NCBI GenBank assembly: GCA_963662405.2
Contig: CAXXKT010000002.1
Coordinates: forward strand, 1 to 64,000
Direction: 5' to 3'
Length of the DNA stretch: 64,000 bases
From: Syntrophales bacterium
GTDB lineage: Bacteria; Desulfobacterota; Syntrophia; Syntrophales; UBA2210
The notes beneath the pieces were generated by a model. The model was not told the DNA's origin, searched no databases, and worked only from the letters and a program-made list of their open reading frames with translations. A program made the position numbers and the translations under genes. Shown in pieces: positions 38,576-49,001 of this stretch. Position 1 is the first letter of the stretch, and each line of letters opens with the position of its first letter.

Positions 38576-40249
38576 ATGACCAATTACTTCAAGCAGGCTG
38601 CAGAGAAGATCTATTGTGACGCGAAGAACTCCGGGCGGTTGATCGAAGGGCGATCGCTCGAACAGCTCAAGGAAATCGCCGTGCGGCAGGACGGCGTGAT
38701 CCAGACGAATCTGGGTTCCGTCGCCGCGGATTCCGAGCCCATGTCCCGCTCGGCGCCTCATACGAAAAACAGTGTCGATGAGCCCTTTGGTGACGAAGAG
38801 ACGGCCCTCGCCGCGGAGGCTGTCGAGTATCTCGGGAGGGAAACGATCCTTTCTCTCGATACGATCGTCGGCGACGGGAAGGACGGTGTCACGGCGCGGT
38901 TCATCATGCCGGTTGAACACGCACAGATCGCCTACGGGGTGAAACTCCTCTTCGAAGACACACCGGCCTCCCGGGTGGTGGAAAAACCGACCTATACGAT
39001 CATCTTCTTTACCGATGAGTTCTTCGAACCCAATAAATTCAAGAAACTGATCGACAAGAATGTCTCGGTTCGTCTCTGGATGGGGGACAGGCGCGGGGAG
39101 CAGGTCAAGATCTGCCGTAACAGCACCTACGTGGGTGAGGCGAAGAAAGGTGTCTTTCAATTCGAAGGCTGGCGTGTAAAGAAGATCGATCAGAAGGGGA
39201 TATTTCTTCATTGCGGGGCACGGCGCGATTATCTCTGGGTGTACGATCTCGAGACGGAGCGGCCGGAGCTGCAGGAACTCGTCACGGGCATCTCCGGTCT
39301 CACGGCGACGGGGAAGACAACGACCCTCTGCCGGAAACTGGCGAAGCTGCCCCGCGAGTCGTCCGAAATGATCGGTGACGACGGGGGAATCATAGGGATG
39401 GATGGAAGTTACGCGGCATTCGAACAGGGCGGGATCTATATCAAAACGGAAGGCCTTGACGAGAGCCAGCCGGAGATCCTCCGCGCCGTTCTCGGGGAAG
39501 ATGTATTTCTCGAGAATGTGGCCATCTCCCGCTATCCCTATACCCCCGATTTCAAAGACACCGGCAAAACGGGGAACGGCCGCGCCGTCGTCAGGCGGGA
39601 CCGTCTGGGGATCGCCAGTCAAAGCCTCCGGGCCGACCGTCTCGATTATATCATCATGCTGACACGAAACCCCCTTGCCAATGTCATTTCGCGTCTGTCA
39701 CCCGAACAGGCCACGATGCAGTTTATCTACGGAGAATCGATCGAGAGCTCGGGGGGAAATCCCGAAGAGGCCGGGAAATTCAAGCGTGTCGTCTTCCTTG
39801 ATCCCTTTCTGGTGGGCGATCGCCTGGAACACGCGTTGCTCTTTTATGAGATCATCAAGAAAAACCGCATCAAATGCTACCTGGCCAATACCGGAACCAT
39901 CGGCGAGAACGATCTGAAGGTGTCACTGCGCCAGTCACTCGCCTCGTACAGCGACATACTGCGCGTTCAAATCCGGTTCGGGTCCGAGCCGGATCACCTG
40001 GGATACCACAATCCGATCAAGAGTGACCGGGCGAACATGGACCTGATGAACGCCTATCCCCGGTTTCAGGACAAGGGACTCCTCAAGCAAAAAGTGGCGG
40101 ATTTCTTCAGGGGACGCCGGGCCTTTCTGGAGGATTTCGAATCGAAATGGGGCCCGATCCCGGAGCCGATCCGGGAATCACTCCCGTACCTTGACGATCA
40201 TGTCGATTTTACTTACCTGGAAAAGGAATATCTCGGCTATATCGAGTGA
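38576..40249 (+). CDS. Divergent phosphoenolpyruvate carboxykinase (ATP)-like protein
   Basis: YVGEAKKG, LHCGA, SGLTATGKTT, IGDD, FEQGG.YIK, LENV, NGR. Confidence 0.72.
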   Translation: MTNYFKQAAEKIYCDAKNSGRLIEGRSLEQLKEIAVRQDGVIQTNLGSVAADSEPMSRSAPHTKNSVDEPFGDEETALAAEAVEYLGRETILSLDTIVGDGKDGVTARFIMPVEHAQIAYGVKLLFEDTPASRVVEKPTYTIIFFTDEFFEPNKFKKLIDKNVSVRLWMGDRRGEQVKICRNSTYVGEAKKGVFQFEGWRVKKIDQKGIFLHCGARRDYLWVYDLETERPELQELVTGISGLTATGKTTTLCRKLAKLPRESSEMIGDDGGIIGMDGSYAAFEQGGIYIKTEGLDESQPEILRAVLGEDVFLENVAISRYPYTPDFKDTGKTGNGRAVVRRDRLGIASQSLRADRLDYIIMLTRNPLANVISRLSPEQATMQFIYGESIESSGGNPEEAGKFKRVVFLDPFLVGDRLEHALLFYEIIKKNRIKCYLANTGTIGENDLKVSLRQSLASYSDILRVQIRFGSEPDHLGYHNPIKSDRANMDLMNAYPRFQDKGLLKQKVADFFRGRRAFLEDFESKWGPIPEPIRESLPYLDDHVDFTYLEKEYLGYIE

Positions 40250-40302
40250 TGCTCAAACGAAAGATGATCTCCTTCCAAACCGGATGACCGGCGCGGGAAG
40301 CC

Positions 40303-41373
40303 CTACAGCCATTTTTTCCTTTTAAAGAAGCCGAGCAAACCCACTGCAACGGCGATCATCGCGACCCAGAGCACCGGATAGGCCCAACGTACCTTCAGTT
40401 CCGGCATAAACTCGAAGTTCATACCGTAGATCCCGGCCATGAATGTCAGGGGGATAAAGATGGACGCGAAGATGGTCAGCACCTTCATCACCTCGTTCAT
40501 CTTGTTGCTCACGCTCGAGAGATAGAGATCGATCATCCCGGAAAGGATATCCTGGTAGGTCTCCACGGAATCGATTACCTGGATTGTATGGTCGTAGAGA
40601 TCGCGAAGATATGGGGAGATATCGGCGCTGATCAGTGCCGATTCGGCCCTCTCCAGACCGCTGATGACTTCCCTGAGCGGCCAGACAGATTTACGCAGAA
40701 AGATGATTTCCTGCTTGAGGTTATGGATATCCTGGAGGGTCTGAGGTTGTGGGTTTTGTGATAATTCCTCTTCCAGCGCTTCAATCCGTTCACCGCATTT
40801 CTCCAGGAGGATGAAATAGTGGTCGACGATGGAGTCGATGAGGGCATAGGCGAGGTAATCCGCCCCCATGCGTCTCACTCTGCCCTTACCGTTCCGTATC
40901 CTTTCACGCAGGGGATTGAAGACGTCCCCGGGGGCCTCCTGGAAGGAGATAACGAAGTGTTGCCCCAGTATGATGCTGATCTGCTCGGTTCGGACCGTAT
41001 CCGCATCATCATCGTAACGAAGCATCTTTAAGATAACGAGGACGTAAGAATCGGCATCTTCCATCTTCGGGCGCTGTCCCGTGTGGAGGATATCCTCCTG
41101 GATCAGGGGATGGACCCCGAACTGTTCCCCGATCTTTTCGATGATCGACACGTCGTGTAGACCGTTGACATTGATCCATGTCACCCTAGAGGTCTCTTTA
41201 AAGGAAAAAGTCTGCTCGACCTCTGCAACCTGCTGTTCATGAAAGATGGTCTGATCATAGTCCATCACGGTGATGGTTACCGTCTCGGTCTTCCTTTCTC
41301 CGATGTGAACGAGAGAACCCGGAGAGAGCCCCACCTTGGAAGATGCTCGTTTGAATAATTTCGGCATGGTCAT
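40303..41373 (-). CDS. corA: Magnesium/cobalt transporter CorA
   Basis: QRPK, MNEVMKVLT, YGMNF, MPEL. Confidence 0.95.
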   Translation of the reverse strand: MTMPKLFKRASSKVGLSPGSLVHIGERKTETVTITVMDYDQTIFHEQQVAEVEQTFSFKETSRVTWINVNGLHDVSIIEKIGEQFGVHPLIQEDILHTGQRPKMEDADSYVLVILKMLRYDDDADTVRTEQISIILGQHFVISFQEAPGDVFNPLRERIRNGKGRVRRMGADYLAYALIDSIVDHYFILLEKCGERIEALEEELSQNPQPQTLQDIHNLKQEIIFLRKSVWPLREVISGLERAESALISADISPYLRDLYDHTIQVIDSVETYQDILSGMIDLYLSSVSNKMNEVMKVLTIFASIFIPLTFMAGIYGMNFEFMPELKVRWAYPVLWVAMIAVAVGLLGFFKRKKWL

Positions 41374-41376
41374 CCG

Positions 41377-43005
41377 TTACCCTTTGTCCTCTTGCCCTGT
41401 CCGTTTCAGATCGTCGAGACCGGAAAGGGTTATGTTCAGTGGTCTCCGATCGTCCTGTGCCAGATAGGTAGTGGTGGTCGGGAAGGCGAACTCGATTCCT
41501 TCCGCTTCGAATGCGCGCATGATCCGAAAGTTGACCTTTTCGTTGAAACGTATGGCCTCCCAGAAATCAGGCGGATGGAACCAGTACCACACGGCTATAT
41601 TCAAAGAGGCGTCATTGAATTCGTTAAAAAACACCTGTGGTGGATAATCAGGGTGCATCCCTTCATGATCTTTCAAGATATCCTTGATGATAGAAACGGC
41701 ACGTTCAACCTTTTCCACCGGTGTGTCGTAGGTAATGGTGATATTCGTCTGACGTCGGACACTGGGGCGCATGCCGATATTTTCGATGTTGGAACTTGCC
41801 ATCTTTTCGTTGGGTATGGAGACCACGTGACCGGGGAAGGTCCGCAGTCGGGTGCTTCGAAACCCGATTTCCTCGACATACCCATCGAAACTATCCACGA
41901 CGACCCGGTCCCCGATCCTGAAGGGCTTGTCCACCATGATCATGAAGCTGCCAAAGAGATTCTTCAGGGTATCCTGGGCGGCCAGGGCAACTGCCAGACC
42001 GCCGATACCCAGACCGGCGAGGAGGGTCGTCATCGGTTTTCCCGTCGCAGCCTTGAGGAGGTAGATCGAGCCGAACAGAATAACCAGGACCTTCGCGACG
42101 ATGCGGACCATCTGGACGAAGTTCATGTCGAACTCGTTGTCGTCTCTCTTGACGAACCGGGTCAGTTCGTATTCGATCACCGCCAGGATTTGGTAGAAAA
42201 AGGTGACAACCACCAGGGTCCCGACGACGTTGGTCATTATCTCTATTACCCGGTCGGTCGAGGCAGGGAGCTTGAGGATTTCCTGCGTTGCGTAAATGGC
42301 GATGGCGAGAAGGAGCAGGCGAATGGGCCAGAGGGCCGCCTTGAGGAGGAGATGCAGACGGATCTTCTCCTCATCGTCCCTCAGGGCAACGGTTAGGGTG
42401 CTCAGGAAGGTGGTCAGGAACCTTCCTCCCACATAAAGGATCGCATATACAAGAAAGAGCGTTACATACAGCCACCAGGAAGATCTCCAGAGCCACGGCG
42501 GAAAGAGATCCCGCTGGGTATACGAAAAAACGATGACTACGGAGACAATCGTAGCGATCCTCAGGACTCCCCTGAAGCGTGTGAGGAAAGGTTCCGCAGT
42601 CTCCCTTGCCTGAGTTTCCGTGGGGAGAAGGTCTAAAAATCGTACGAGTTGAAAGATGAAAAGGATGCAGGCAATAGCAAAGAGAAAGGCCTCAAGTCCG
42701 TGGAGGAGAATAAGCAATTTGGGGGGGATTACCAGGGGGATCTCGGTAGCTCTCAGGAGCAGAGCGGCGACGGCGAGACGAAATGAGGGGACCAGGCCGG
42801 AAAGATAAGGGAGCCATGCCTTCACCCGTTTTACTTCCAGGATCACCTGAATCCGCCTGTTGAAATGGCGCCAGAGGAGCTCCAGCAAAAAAAATCCGAA
42901 GACCAGAATAGCGAGCGATATAAAGAACTGCCACGGAGCATTGCCGCTGCGTACCTTATCGAGAAGAGGAATAATCCCCTGAAAAAAATCGTTGAAACGG
43001 TCCAT
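41377..43005 (-). CDS. MscS-family mechanosensitive channel with extended TM N-terminus
   Basis: LAGLGIGGLAVALAAQDTLKN, DKPFRIGD, IGFRST, IPN, GIEFAFPT. Confidence 0.92.
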   Translation of the reverse strand: MDRFNDFFQGIIPLLDKVRSGNAPWQFFISLAILVFGFFLLELLWRHFNRRIQVILEVKRVKAWLPYLSGLVPSFRLAVAALLLRATEIPLVIPPKLLILLHGLEAFLFAIACILFIFQLVRFLDLLPTETQARETAEPFLTRFRGVLRIATIVSVVIVFSYTQRDLFPPWLWRSSWWLYVTLFLVYAILYVGGRFLTTFLSTLTVALRDDEEKIRLHLLLKAALWPIRLLLLAIAIYATQEILKLPASTDRVIEIMTNVVGTLVVVTFFYQILAVIEYELTRFVKRDDNEFDMNFVQMVRIVAKVLVILFGSIYLLKAATGKPMTTLLAGLGIGGLAVALAAQDTLKNLFGSFMIMVDKPFRIGDRVVVDSFDGYVEEIGFRSTRLRTFPGHVVSIPNEKMASSNIENIGMRPSVRRQTNITITYDTPVEKVERAVSIIKDILKDHEGMHPDYPPQVFFNEFNDASLNIAVWYWFHPPDFWEAIRFNEKVNFRIMRAFEAEGIEFAFPTTTTYLAQDDRRPLNITLSGLDDLKRTGQEDKG

Positions 43006-43221
43006 AGTCTCCCTCCTCTAAGAAACCCCGTTACTATAGCAGATATTATGAGTTTGAAACACAAGGAAACTCTAAAATTTTATCTGGTGGTGTGGTAATG
43101 AGAAAGGGAGGATACGAAGGATGAGGAGATGACGGTGCTTCAACAAAAGAGTGTCGCAAGACAGGGCTCGATAGGACGGAATCCCGTAGCTGCCCACCTG
43201 TCGAATGATTCTCCGATATCA

Positions 43222-44118
43222 TTATGCCGAAGAGGACTTTGTCGATACTGCAGTTTTCTTTTTGAAAGAAACCCCTGAGATCTCATAGGAAATCGCACCA
43301 AATTTACACGATGACTGCATACATTTCAGACAGCGAATACAATCGTGTTGATTGGCGCCTTCGTAAAACCGCACCCCCATGGGGCAGTGATTGTAGCACT
43401 CTTTACACAGGACGCATTTGTCGGGATAATGCACCATCCTGAAGACGCTGACTTTGTTGAAGAGGGAGTAGATCGCCCCCAGGGGGCAAACGATTCGGCA
43501 GAAGGGTCGCTTGATGAACACCATTAGGGCCAGGGAAATGATCAGAATAACGATCTTGTTGAAATAGAGCCAACCGAAGAGTTCACGCAACTGGGGCTGG
43601 AGAAGGGTAAGGGGAATCCCCGCCTCAAGTGTTCCCGCCGGGCAGACATATTTACAGAACCACGTGACCCCGTAACCGAGCCCGTCAACAGCCAGAAGGG
43701 GGAGAAGGATTACAAAAAGGGCCAGAAAGCCGTATTTGAGATAGGTTAACCAGCGAGGGATCTCCATCTTACGCGAGGGAATCTTGTAAATCAGCTCCTG
43801 AAGAAAGCCGAAGGGGCAGACCCAGGCACAGGGCATGCGTCCGACCAGGCTCCCGGTCATCCCCAGTACCCCCAAGACATACAGACCGATGTGCGTATTG
43901 CCCGCCTTGAGACTCGGCCTGACATTCGCGAAAAGCGTCTGGAGCGAACCGAGGGGGCAGGCCCCCGTCGCCGCCGGGCAGGAATAACAGTTGAGCCCGG
44001 GGACGCAGATTGATTTGAGCTTCCCCTGGTATATGTTCCGGGTAAAGGGGAAGAGGAGGTAGGCGTTGCTGATCAGTGTTGCCGCACCCTGTATCCATCG
44101 TCGCAGGCGCGCCATCAT
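43222..44118 (-). CDS. Membrane 4Fe-4S binding protein (NapH/MauN-like)
   Basis: CYSCP..CP, CAWVCP, CKYVCP, CRIVCP, and two ferredoxin motifs. Confidence 0.9.
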   Translation of the reverse strand: MMARLRRWIQGAATLISNAYLLFPFTRNIYQGKLKSICVPGLNCYSCPAATGACPLGSLQTLFANVRPSLKAGNTHIGLYVLGVLGMTGSLVGRMPCAWVCPFGFLQELIYKIPSRKMEIPRWLTYLKYGFLALFVILLPLLAVDGLGYGVTWFCKYVCPAGTLEAGIPLTLLQPQLRELFGWLYFNKIVILIISLALMVFIKRPFCRIVCPLGAIYSLFNKVSVFRMVHYPDKCVLCKECYNHCPMGVRFYEGANQHDCIRCLKCMQSSCKFGAISYEISGVSFKKKTAVSTKSSSA

Positions 44119-44261
44119 CCGATACCTATGCAACTCAGACAGATACGGACAGCTTTCTCCCAGACAGCCGCTGCTTCTCCATTGATAATACCGATAATGA
44201 CACAAGCCAGGGAGAGAAAAAAGAGAATGAAGCCACCCTTGCTGACGTTTTTCCGTATCAT
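44115..44261 (-). CDS. 48-aa membrane peptide with C-terminal CxxC (CD1871A-like), below the ORF-track cutoff
   Basis: MIRKNVSKGGFILFFLSLACVIIGIINGEAAAVWEKAVRICLSCIGIG; ATGA overlap with the 4Fe-4S gene. Confidence 0.85.
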   Translation of the reverse strand: MIRKNVSKGGFILFFLSLACVIIGIINGEAAAVWEKAVRICLSCIGIG

Positions 44262-44294
44262 AGAATCCCTTTTCTATCGGGTGATTAAACGATA

Positions 44295-44813
44295 TTAGTT
44301 GTTTGCACGCTCCTTCTCACACTCATCAAGAAGTGCGACTATCTTTCCTTCGATGAATGCCTTGTCTCGGCGGCCGAGGATTGATTCCACGACCGCTCCG
44401 TTTTTTATCAGATAGGAGAGAGGGATAGCAGAGATACGATAGTGTTTGGCGACCTTTTCGCCTCCCCAGTAAACGGGGAACTTGAGCCCCATCTGATCCA
44501 CAAGCGGTTGCATTGCCGATGGTCCCCCCATATCAAGGCTGATCCCAATTATCTTAAGGCCTCTGTCTTTGTACTTCTCATACATCTCCTGGAGAACCGG
44601 TAGTTCTGCCCGGCACGGAGCGCACCACGCAGCCATGGCGACCAGCATAACAGGGCACCCCCGTTCCTGTATCAATGTTTCGATTCCGGCAACATCAATA
44701 GGAACGATGGTGTTTTTTGTGTCCTGCGGAGGGGATGGTTCATCCTGAGAACAGCTGGAGGATATGGCCACGCACAATAGAATGACCAGAACAATCATCA
44801 ATTTTTTTTTCAT
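44295..44813 (-). CDS. TlpA-family thiol-disulfide oxidoreductase lipoprotein
   Basis: Lipobox SSSC, AWCAPCRAELP, ISAIP. Confidence 0.9.
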   Translation of the reverse strand: MKKKLMIVLVILLCVAISSSCSQDEPSPPQDTKNTIVPIDVAGIETLIQERGCPVMLVAMAAWCAPCRAELPVLQEMYEKYKDRGLKIIGISLDMGGPSAMQPLVDQMGLKFPVYWGGEKVAKHYRISAIPLSYLIKNGAVVESILGRRDKAFIEGKIVALLDECEKERANN

Positions 44814-44937
44814 AGTTTCCCCTTGATCTTGCTTGGTATCCTTCGCTCGAAGTTGAAACACCGATGAACTTTATCATAATGGGACTGCAAATCAAGGGTT
44901 TTCGGCTTTATGATAGGCAACAGCGAACGAGAATCGA

Positions 44938-45141
44938 TCAGAAGGAGAGCGCTTCGCCCTTTCTCCGGCGATTTTTTGAGGTATGATCGCCGTTGTCCCC
45001 CAACTTCGCTTTTTTCCTGCGGCATTCCATGCACCGTCTGGGGATGCTGAAATTACGGGTTCTGTACCTGCGCTGTTCGGAGGCGGTGAAGACAAATTCA
45101 TCCCCGCACTGAATGCACCTGATTGTGATATCGTCCACCAT
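44938..45141 (-). CDS. Zinc-ribbon (zf-trcl-like) protein
   Basis: CIQCGDEFVFTASEQ...PRRCMECR. Confidence 0.85.
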   Translation of the reverse strand: MVDDITIRCIQCGDEFVFTASEQRRYRTRNFSIPRRCMECRRKKAKLGDNGDHTSKNRRRKGEALSF

Positions 45142-45157
45142 TCGGTTCCTATCGGTA

Positions 45158-45640
45158 TTATTGCGATTTATCAATGTTCTTCATGAAGATGACCTTGGTG
45201 TCTCCCTGCCGGTAGAAATCCTCCAGGATACAGACACTGCCATACCCCTGCTTTTTATAGAACCGTCGGGCAGGGGCATATGGAGGGGAGCTTGAGGTAT
45301 CGACATACACCTTTCCGCCTCCTTGCATGGCAATAATCTTCTCCATGAACTCGACAAGTTCGGACGCAACACCCCTCCCTCGAACCGGTGGATCTATCGC
45401 GATCCAATAAAGGTCATAGCGACGATCAGTCATCGGTATCGGGCCGAAGCAGATATACCCTCGGAATTGCCCCGCTTCGTCATAGGAGGAAAAGGCCTGA
45501 TAGTCGCCACCATCCTTTCGCGCCAGTACCTGATCGACAATCTCCATCGCGACGGCGATCTCTGCTTCGTTAAAAACGCCCGTCTGTTTCAGAATACGGA
45601 GGATCTCTTTTCTATCCTGATGTGTTATCGGTTTGATCAT
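45158..45640 (-). CDS. GNAT acetyltransferase
   Basis: YDLYWIAIDP..RGRGVA, ARRFYKKQGY. Confidence 0.88.
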   Translation of the reverse strand: MIKPITHQDRKEILRILKQTGVFNEAEIAVAMEIVDQVLARKDGGDYQAFSSYDEAGQFRGYICFGPIPMTDRRYDLYWIAIDPPVRGRGVASELVEFMEKIIAMQGGGKVYVDTSSSPPYAPARRFYKKQGYGSVCILEDFYRQGDTKVIFMKNIDKSQ

Positions 45641-45641
45641 A

Positions 45642-46640
45642 TCAGCACAACCGGAGTGACATAAATTGCAAGAAATAACGCACCATCTCAGCATACGGAA
45701 TCCCCGCATGTGAGAGAGAAGCGACAAATCCCGCATCCGGGCTGATGCACGGATTCGCATTAATCTCAAGGACAAAGGGGGTGTTCCGGGAGTCCGTCCT
45801 GATGTCGACCCGTGCATAGTCCCTGAGCATGAAGATACGAAAGCATTCACGGGCGATCTCCTCGAGTGATCCCTTGAGCGGAGAGGGGAGGTTATGAGGG
45901 AATTTTCTGACGGCGTTGTGATATTCCGGTGCCGATGCATCCCATTTTGCCCGATATCCAACGATACGATGGGTATCGGCCGGAAATGCCGAAAAATCTA
46001 TCTCTGCTATCGACATCACATCGGCCGTGGGATAACCGAAAAGGGAGACGTTGAATTCCCTTCCGTCGATGTATTCCTCGACGAGCAGGGACCCGAACCG
46101 TTTGTGAAGAGAGGGAAGTGCCTCCCGCAGGACATTTTCATCAAGAAAGACCGATTCCTGATCGATCCCGATACTGGCGTCCTCGAATCTCGGTTTTACG
46201 ATGATCGGGAAAGCGAGACAGGCGGCATTAAAATGGGGAGTACCTTCATATATGAGATATCCCGGTGTCCGTATTCCACACGCCTTCAATATCCGTTTTG
46301 TCGTGACCTTATCCGTCGTATAGGTGATGGCCCACGAGGGTGATCCGGTAAAGGGGATTCCCAGGAGCTCGAGGAGAGCGGCGGCGTGACCGGAAAAGAG
46401 AGGATTCTCATCGACGGTCTCACAGAGGTTGAAGACCTGATCGACGGGCTTGTCCCGAATCGTTGCAAGAAACGCATCTACATTCCGGGAAAAAGGAATT
46501 CGTATGGAGGGGTAACCCAGATCGCAGAAGACTTTCTCGATCGCGGCCACCTGTCTCATGACATCAGAAGAGGACTCGGAAAAAGAGTAGGGACCTGATG
46601 GTGGGACATTGTGCACCAATCCTATCAATGAGTTCTTCAT
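45642..46640 (-). CDS. Ddl-like ATP-grasp ligase 2
   Basis: FNLCE, PFTGS, DK, IVKP..EDASIGI, GREFNV, YARVD, EINANP. Confidence 0.88.
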   Translation of the reverse strand: MKNSLIGLVHNVPPSGPYSFSESSSDVMRQVAAIEKVFCDLGYPSIRIPFSRNVDAFLATIRDKPVDQVFNLCETVDENPLFSGHAAALLELLGIPFTGSPSWAITYTTDKVTTKRILKACGIRTPGYLIYEGTPHFNAACLAFPIIVKPRFEDASIGIDQESVFLDENVLREALPSLHKRFGSLLVEEYIDGREFNVSLFGYPTADVMSIAEIDFSAFPADTHRIVGYRAKWDASAPEYHNAVRKFPHNLPSPLKGSLEEIARECFRIFMLRDYARVDIRTDSRNTPFVLEINANPCISPDAGFVASLSHAGIPYAEMVRYFLQFMSLRLC

Positions 46641-46643
46641 GGC

Positions 46644-47639
46644 CTACATACATACCTTACCCGCGCCGTTCAAGCGGCCCAGGGCAGAGCGCATAATCGC
46701 ATCAATCAGCGCGGTGTAGGTCATCCCCCTCCGTGCGGCGATGATACAGAGGTCCGAATTTTCCGGATGAAGTCCGGCAATGGGATTCACCTCCATGAAG
46801 TTCGGCACCCCCGCGGTATCCACGCGCAGGTCCACACGCCCCGAATCTCTTCCCCCGAGGCCGTGCCATGCCCTGAGTGCCGTCTCTTCCGCCTGCCGTG
46901 CTATTCCATCGTCCACCAGGCGGTATTCGACCCGTTCCTTGAAACGCTCTTTATTCTCGTAGGAATAGACTTCCGGGTCGGCGTTGTCCTTGAGCAGGAC
47001 CTCAATGGTGCCCATTGATACGGCATTCTTCCCCGTGCCGAGGATCCCCACGGTGAATTCGCGGCCGGGGAGAAAGGTTTCCACTAATGCGGCCTGTCGG
47101 TGTTCTCGGATAATCTTTTTGCATACCTGTTCAAGTGCATGCCGATCGGTAATCTTTGATGCGGCGTCAATCCCTTTTCCGGTCCCCTCTGCGACGGGTT
47201 TCGCAAAGAGAGGGTAGGGGAGATCAACGGTGGCAATCTCCGCCTCCGATTCCACGATACAGAACGAGGGGGTAGGGATTCCCAGATCCCGGAGTACCCG
47301 CTTCACCATCCCCTTGTGCAGGGTCAGGGAGAGGATCAGGGGATCGGAGAATGTATAGGGAATTCCGTACGCATCGAGAAGCGCGGGGACTTGTGCCTCA
47401 CGCCCGTATCCCCGGAGACCCTCGGCGATGTTGAAGACGATATCCCAGCGATCTCCCGAGCTGAGCCGCTGCACCAGGGCCTTGACGTTGCCGATCCTTA
47501 CGGGTTCATGTCCGAGATCCCTCAGACTTGTTTCTATCGCGAGGATCGTCTCCTCACGGTCGAACTCCGCCGTCGCCTCGGCGCCGTATCCGGCACGGAG
47601 ATACTCATCGCGGAGATCGTAGGTCATACCAACTTTCAT
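46644..47639 (-). CDS. Ddl-like ATP-grasp ligase 1
   Basis: FNIAEG, PYTFSD, AKPVAEGTGKGI, GREFTV, RVD, EVNPIAG. Confidence 0.88.
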   Translation of the reverse strand: MKVGMTYDLRDEYLRAGYGAEATAEFDREETILAIETSLRDLGHEPVRIGNVKALVQRLSSGDRWDIVFNIAEGLRGYGREAQVPALLDAYGIPYTFSDPLILSLTLHKGMVKRVLRDLGIPTPSFCIVESEAEIATVDLPYPLFAKPVAEGTGKGIDAASKITDRHALEQVCKKIIREHRQAALVETFLPGREFTVGILGTGKNAVSMGTIEVLLKDNADPEVYSYENKERFKERVEYRLVDDGIARQAEETALRAWHGLGGRDSGRVDLRVDTAGVPNFMEVNPIAGLHPENSDLCIIAARRGMTYTALIDAIMRSALGRLNGAGKVCM

Positions 47640-47663
47640 CGCTTGCAAAATTCTCCTCAACGC

Positions 47664-48962
47664 CTAATGAATCTGAGCCGCATCCCCGTCGAAATACCGA
47701 TAGAGATCGCCGGCATAGTTCTTCAGAACGACGTCGTCGCCCTCCCGCCCCATCACGTAATCGGGCATCAGGGGGACTTTTCCCCCTCCGCCGGGACAGT
47801 CGATGACGTACGTCGGAACGGCGAAGCCGCTCGTGTAGCCACGCAGTCCCCTGATAATCTCCAGCCCTTTCTCGACCGGTGTCCTGAAATGTCCCGATCC
47901 GATAATCGGGTCACACTGGTAGAGATAGTAGGGCCTGACACGCATCATGACCAAGCCGTGAAAGAGCCGGCGCATAGTTTCAACGTCGTCGTTGATCCCA
48001 GAGAGCAGAACCGTCTGGCTCTGCAGGGGGATCCCGGCGTTCGCGAGATTGCTGCAGGCCTTTCTCACGTCCTCCGTCAGCTCCGCGGGATGGGTAAAGT
48101 GGATACTCATCCAGAGGGGATGGAACCGCCCCAGCATCCGGCAGAGGGCGGGGGTAATACGCTGAGGCATGACCACCGGCGCCTTGGTGCCGATTCGCAA
48201 TATCTCGACGTGGGGGATCCGGCGCAATCGGGACAGGAGCCATTCCAGAGTGTCGTCCGGAAGGGTCAGAGGATCTCCCCCCGAAAGCAGGACGTCACGT
48301 ATCGCACTGTTCGATTCGATATATTCTATTACCTTGTTCCACCTGTCTATCGAAAGACTGTGGTCCTTGGGACCTCCCACAATCCGTGACCGGGTACAAT
48401 AGCGGCAGTAGGTCGAGCAGGTATCGGTTATAAGGAAGAGCACCCTGTCGGGATAACGATGAACCAGGCCAGGCATGGGGGCATCCTTCTCCTCTCCCAG
48501 GGGGTCCTCACTCTCTCCCCGGGTCCTGACCCTTTCCGCCGCGGTCGGAATAACCGTTCGTCGCAGTGGTTGGGAGGGATCGCATGGATCGAGAAGGCTT
48601 GCGTAATATGGTGTGATCGCAACGGGTAATGCGGTACCATACGCGCTGAGAGCGCTGCGCTCTTCCGCGCTGAGTCGGAACATCCCTTCGAGTTCGTCCA
48701 ATGTAGTGATTCGATGGCGGAGCTGCCAGCGCCAGTCATTCCACTCGAGCGCACTCGCCCCCTTAAAAAATTTCCTTCGGAACTGGAGGGCCCCGCATTT
48801 CGCAGAAAATCCCGAAACAGCTTCCAATCTCGAGACTTTTTCCAGACCTGCACCGTCCGTTTTGATTCTATGAGCGTCTGTGTTTACCGTTCCAAGGGTC
48901 ACAGACGCGGTACTACCGTCGGGAGGCTCGCCATCCTCAAGGCTGATTTCCTGTTTCTCCAT
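47664..48962 (-). CDS. KamA-family radical SAM aminomutase (lysine 2,3-aminomutase-like)
   Basis: HRYPDRVL, CSTYCRYCTR, LSGGDPL, YYLYQCD, VIDCPGGGGKVP. Confidence 0.92.
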   Translation of the reverse strand: MEKQEISLEDGEPPDGSTASVTLGTVNTDAHRIKTDGAGLEKVSRLEAVSGFSAKCGALQFRRKFFKGASALEWNDWRWQLRHRITTLDELEGMFRLSAEERSALSAYGTALPVAITPYYASLLDPCDPSQPLRRTVIPTAAERVRTRGESEDPLGEEKDAPMPGLVHRYPDRVLFLITDTCSTYCRYCTRSRIVGGPKDHSLSIDRWNKVIEYIESNSAIRDVLLSGGDPLTLPDDTLEWLLSRLRRIPHVEILRIGTKAPVVMPQRITPALCRMLGRFHPLWMSIHFTHPAELTEDVRKACSNLANAGIPLQSQTVLLSGINDDVETMRRLFHGLVMMRVRPYYLYQCDPIIGSGHFRTPVEKGLEIIRGLRGYTSGFAVPTYVIDCPGGGGKVPLMPDYVMGREGDDVVLKNYAGDLYRYFDGDAAQIH

Positions 48963-49001
48963 CGTTATTTTCCCCCTCGTTTGGGAATGCGAATCGAATC
49001 G

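Noticed and set aside
38362..38619. ORF spanning attR, and the 38417 start for the PEPCK-like gene
   Set aside because: The ORF translates tRNA-derived att sequence. A GGGAG SD and an extended -10 (TGTTATAAT) support ATG 38576.
43222..44813. Selenocysteine in the redox trio
   Set aside because: All redox motifs use Cys codons and no in-frame TGA is seen.
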